Of a DNA stretch of 64,000 nucleotides, positions 59,950 to 64,000 are shown in pieces; positions within the stretch are counted from its first letter, which is position 1; each line of letters opens with the position of its first letter. A program made the position numbers and the translations under genes. Origin of the DNA: Moniliella sp. 'wahieum' (taxonomy: Eukaryota). The notes below the pieces were generated by a model. That model worked only from the letters and a program-made list of their open reading frames with translations, searched no databases and had not been told where the DNA came from. The stretch is taken from positions 1-64,000 of the forward strand of contig RSEE01000009.1 of the NCBI GenBank assembly GCA_003971905.1, read 5' to 3'.

Positions 59950-60643
59950 ATGTCACCAGCCGAGGACAAGGCGCGCCCACAGGGGCCAGCACGTCGGCCC
60001 GCTCCGATGGAAACCAAGTCGCACCCAGTCCACTTGCACCTTCGGCTTCGACCGGCGCGCCCACCAATTTGTACGTGGGCAATCTTGCAGCGAGCGTGGA
60101 CGAGTATGCGCTGCTCAAGGCGTTTGAGCGGTTTGGCAAGCTCAAAAGACTCGACTTTCTCTTCCACAAGACGGGGCCCAGAAGGGGACAGCCGCGCGGG
60201 TATGCTTTCATCGAATATGAGCAAGCGTCCGATGCCGCCAAAGCGCTCAAGGCTACCACCTCTGGTGCCGGTGCTGTCCTCCAGGGGAGGAAAGTTGTGT
60301 GTCCTATGCCTCGCAATGGGAGGAGAAGCAGAGGATTAAGGACGCACCGCAAGCTCGTCATCCTGTTGGCACAGAAAGCCGTCAAACCGCATTGAGCGCC
60401 GCCTTGTCCGCGGCCACGCCCACTTCGGTTGAAGCGAGGATACGGGGCATGGAGGCCCAATTGGCTTTGATGAAGGGAAATGGCCATTCTCACCCTTCTA
60501 CCAACACCGCTTCGACCAGAGCAACATCAACTGAGAAGCGCTCTGTGCCATCGAGATCTCGGGTGTCGTCTTCCCGGACCAACGTTCATCCATACCTGCA
60601 TCCACGCGCTCGGAGGCCTCCGCCTCCTGGGAAGACGCAATGA
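59950..60643 (+). CDS. RRM protein, RBM18-like, frameshifted
   Basis: LYVGNL..SVDEY.LLK.F.RFGKLKRLDFLFHKTGP..GQPRGYAFIEY is characteristic of RBM18. C-terminal ARIRGMEAQLALM. Confidence 0.82.
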
Positions 60644-61365
60644 AAGCAACCCGAAGTCCCAGTCTCTTTACTTGTCTCTGTGCACTTCAAGGACTGCTCC
60701 AACGCGTTATTCGCCCCCGGCACATGGGGGGTTGGGTGTACTAGGACATCTACTCTCTTGGTGTCGCCTCACCCATCTTGGAAAAAAAAAAAAAAAAACA
60801 TCATGAAATAAGCCCCACCGCCCGCATCATGCCTTTTCGAGTTGGCTCCGTATTCCTCCCCGCGTTCACTTTCTCTCTACCAAGACCTTCGTCTCTGTGG
60901 ATCTTGGATTGGAGCTTTGTATCAACGGACACATCACAGTTACAAGCCATAGTACCCCTTCCCTGTCCGCCTCCGCCCTTCCTCCAGCTTTTTTCCGTTG
61001 TACCACCACATATATATGTCGCGGCGCCCTCCTCTTTCCTCGCCATTCTGCGCCGTCGGTCCTATAGTGATGCGTTCCAGATGGATTACACCTGCCTCTG
61101 TGTGCTGTGAAAAGTAATACACTATCTAGAATCTGATGCTATTGACAATGGGGTTGCAGGGAAAAGTCGATCACAAAGCGGTCCGGCGCCCAGGCCCGAG
61201 ATCAACCCAGCCGAGGATGGCAACACGACGCAAAACAAGGCCGGTGCGGGCGACATGGCAGGGCGGCAAACAATCCATATATGTCAAGTTAGGTACCAAT
61301 AGATCGGTTGAGGAATTCGAGCGGGGTAGGAAATTGGTAGAGCAGCGGATCCTAGCTACTCCGCA

Positions 61366-61953
61366 CTAATGTCCCCCCGGAGTTCGGCGGCAGCTTGCTG
61401 AACTTTGTCCGTGTCATTAAACACCTTGCCGCGGTAGTAGAGCGCGTTGGCCTTGACTTGATCTTGAACGGCACCCCTCTTCCGGGGGGACACCGAACCA
61501 GGGTGCATCCTTGGCGCTGTCAGGGATGTTGGGATCGTTGACGACTACGAGCGCGGGGGATGTAGGTCAGCGACAAGTCGTCCCATATGGATATGGATAT
61601 ACTTGGCAAAGGCCGGGAGAAGAGAACGTACCAGTTTCTGGTTCGCCCGGGTGCAAGGGCTTGATGATCCTTGTGCTGCCGGCCAGGCCGGCCGAAGCGG
61701 CATCCTTTTCGGCTTCCTGCACCAACCGGGCTTCCCCACCCCGATCAATCACTTGGACGTTAAGGGTGGGTTCGTGGTGCAGACCATGAGAGTGTTGCTG
61801 GGAGGTTGCAGCAGCATGTGGGGCCGGGGTGGCATTGGCCTTGGTCGAAGTTGGTTCAACGGTGCCAGTCGCGTGTTGCGCCTGAGCGTGGGGGACGTCG
61901 GAAGGGCGGAAGCCGAGCGCTTGGTCGTCCGATGTGAGACCGGGGGAGGTCAT
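61366..61953 (-). CDS. Hypothetical hydrophilic protein, frameshifted
   Basis: ATG at 61953 after a TATAA and CT-rich leader. Protein-like text continues across frames to DQVKANALYYRGKVFNDTDKVQQAAAELRG. Confidence 0.45.
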
Positions 61954-63078
61954 GGTGATGGCAAGCGGGACAGAACTTGGGTGGTGGGAAAAAGAAGAAA
62001 GGGGGGTAAAGATGGGAATTCGGAAGCGTGGGGCCGTTCGTCATTCTCCTTTTTAACCCGGGCGGAGACTGGCTGCTCTCAGCGTGCCAAGCGCACGGGC
62101 CACACGCTGGAGGTTATAATGAGGGGGGCCCGCGGGAACAGCAACACAACAGTTGGTGTGTGACGCAGTGAAGGTGTGCTGGCCGTGCTGGGGGTTGGGC
62201 GCGAGGCGCAGTCGATGACTGGTGTGGCCTGGTGGGGCCCTCAGATCCCAGATGGGATCGATGACATCGGCACCTTTGATGCAAGGCTCCAAAACCACAC
62301 AGTGATGCGCAATGTGGAACGATCGACGTGTGCCGTACTGGCTCAAGAGGAAAGCTAATAAAGCCGGCAGCTATGGTCTCAGCCAGTTTACACTCAGCAT
62401 GAGTACTGAGACTCAGTACTCAGTCGGACTACTCAAGCTTCACGGGACTGTCGCAGGGTCAAGCCTGCGACGAGGAGAGTGCTGAGGAAATGATGATGCG
62501 GCAGGTCGCCCTCATTGGCCCGATCACCATCGAGGATCTCAATCATGCGTCGACAGCTGTATCCGCGTTGCGATACAGATATTAGATCCCGCTATTACCG
62601 GCGTTATAAAAGGGATCGAGAGGATTGAATATTGAATCTTGAGGCCTGAGTAGGGGGGAATGGGCGAGTAAGGGGGAATGGGCCTTTTGGCATTCTCGAG
62701 AAGGCAGCAGAGCGGTGGAGACGCTACTATGGAAGCTAGTTGTTACTTTGGGGAACTTACAAGATTTAATGTTCCCAGTTGAAACAGGTTGAAACACCCA
62801 TGACGTAGGGCGGCGCCTCCTGGTTCTACGTTGACGTCATGGACTTCTGGGGTCTACGTGTCTACTCGCTGTTGCATTAAGCTCAAGCCCATGGCTCATG
62901 CCCTGCATGACACATGTCATTCCGGGACAGCTTGGCACCGCGAATACGCAGATCCATGATGGGTGGTTCCCGGTGATCATCAACATCATTGGCAGGTAAC
63001 CACCACCGGGAACGTGATTACATGAAACCCCAGTAGATGCGGAAGAGAGATGATCGATGATCGATGAGGGGTCCAAAA

Positions 63079-63158
63079 AACAGGTCCAACAGGTCCAACA
63101 GGTCCAACAGGTCCAACAGGTCCAACAGGTCCAACAGGTCCAACAGGTCCAACAGGTC
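63079..63158. repeat. Perfect 9-bp tandem repeat (CAGGTCCAA), about 8.7 copies
   Basis: Counted directly. Confidence 0.95.
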
Positions 63159-63747
63159 TCCAGCTTTCCAACCTGGTCAAGTTTTGTCCCACCGTCCCAG
63201 CTTCCGGTACTTGTAGTCGTCTTGTCATTTTCATCCATCACTGGCCGAGTTACGCCCCCAAAAGTGCAGAGGCATAGTGATGGTTTTGGTGACGCTCACA
63301 GCAATGGAAAAAAAGGAAGAACACGGAGAGGAAAAGGGATGAGGCGTATAATACGAGAGTGTTGCAAGTATTTTGGAGAGCGCATCTTTGGCGTAGCAGC
63401 CTAGTAGTGCAGCCATATCTGTCTATGCAGGTAGCCCACACACATACCACGTTGTAACATACAAGGTACGATACGGTACGATATTCCAAAGCAATTCAAT
63501 GTCCTGGCAGCGATGGAGTGCACAGGGAGGAGGAGGGGAGCATGGGTATGAACATAAAGGGTGGAAGGCCTCTGGAAACGATACCGGGCCCTCGCAGTAG
63601 ACGGGAAACAGGTGTGGCGTGCGATGCGCAAGATGGAGAGGGATGATACAGGGTGGATCTCTGACCGAACTCAGAATCGGGATCTGATGCGGGTGAGAAC
63701 GGTGGGAGAAAAGGATAAGAGAGGGGACAAGGGGGCATAGACAAAAC

Positions 63748-64000
63748 TCAATAGTTATCATCGAACCGAGGATCATAACGGACATCCGGTCGATCGTAGC
63801 GGTCATACCGCGCGCTCTGGGCCTGGGCGTCGCGCGCATCCCGCGCTTCGTAGCGTGTGTACCCGCTCGTCTGAGCCGGTGCCGCCCCCGAAGCGGTTGG
63901 GGCTGGAACATAGATCTGTCCCACCTCGGGTGCCGACGCTTGGGTCTTGGGAGGCGGTGCAGGAGGCGGGTAGGCAGTTTGGGTATACGCGTTATCGTAG
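63748..64000 (-). CDS. C-terminal fragment of an unidentified protein running off the window
   Basis: Minus strand reads YTQTAYPPPAPPPK... then, in a shifted frame, GYTRYEARDARDAQAQSARYDRYDRPDVRYDPRFDDNY* with TGA at 63750-63748. Confidence 0.4.
   Translation of the reverse strand, partial: YDNAYTQTAYPPPAPPPKTQASAPEVGQIYVPAPTASGAAPAQTSGYTRYEARDARDAQAQSARYDRYDRPDVRYDPRFDDNY

Noticed and set aside
63057..63404. QQV/GPV/CWT repeat ORFs and a CRISPR-like appearance of the 9-mer array
   Set aside because: A simple tandem repeat without spacers in a eukaryote; the ORFs are by-products of a stop-free 9-bp unit.

Overview
This is eukaryotic fungal genomic DNA from a GC-rich, intron-poor basidiomycete, probably Ustilaginomycotina (inferred from the protein sequences and short GT..CTAAC/CTGAC..YAG introns). 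Almost every conserved gene carries several 1-bp indels, often in homopolymers, so this looks like an unpolished long-read assembly and the gene models below are stitched across frames. Recognisable genes are DGA1, an AVT2-like transporter, COX9, CYS4, tRNA-Ile(AAT), RIB5, NUP53, a Whi5/Nrm1-like protein, a C2H2 transcription factor, an Aa_trans permease, QCR7, tRNA-Arg(ACG), PAT1, profilin, the complex I 51-kDa subunit, a B-type cyclin, an RlpA/loosenin-like secreted protein, myotubularin, NAM9 (partial), a YABBY/HMG-like protein, SAM synthetase, RPL1 and an RBM18-like protein. The main points of interest are five: (1) an intact, intronless secreted protein with a lytic-transglycosylase/GH23-like motif set, inside a repeat-flanked gene-poor island (35-41 kb); (2) a ~930-bp repeat in two inverted copies about 22 kb apart; (3) a long, highly structured QCR7 intron; (4) a probable cryptic Cys-rich peptide gene; (5) recurrent intergenic clusters of palindrome-cored micro-tandem duplications.
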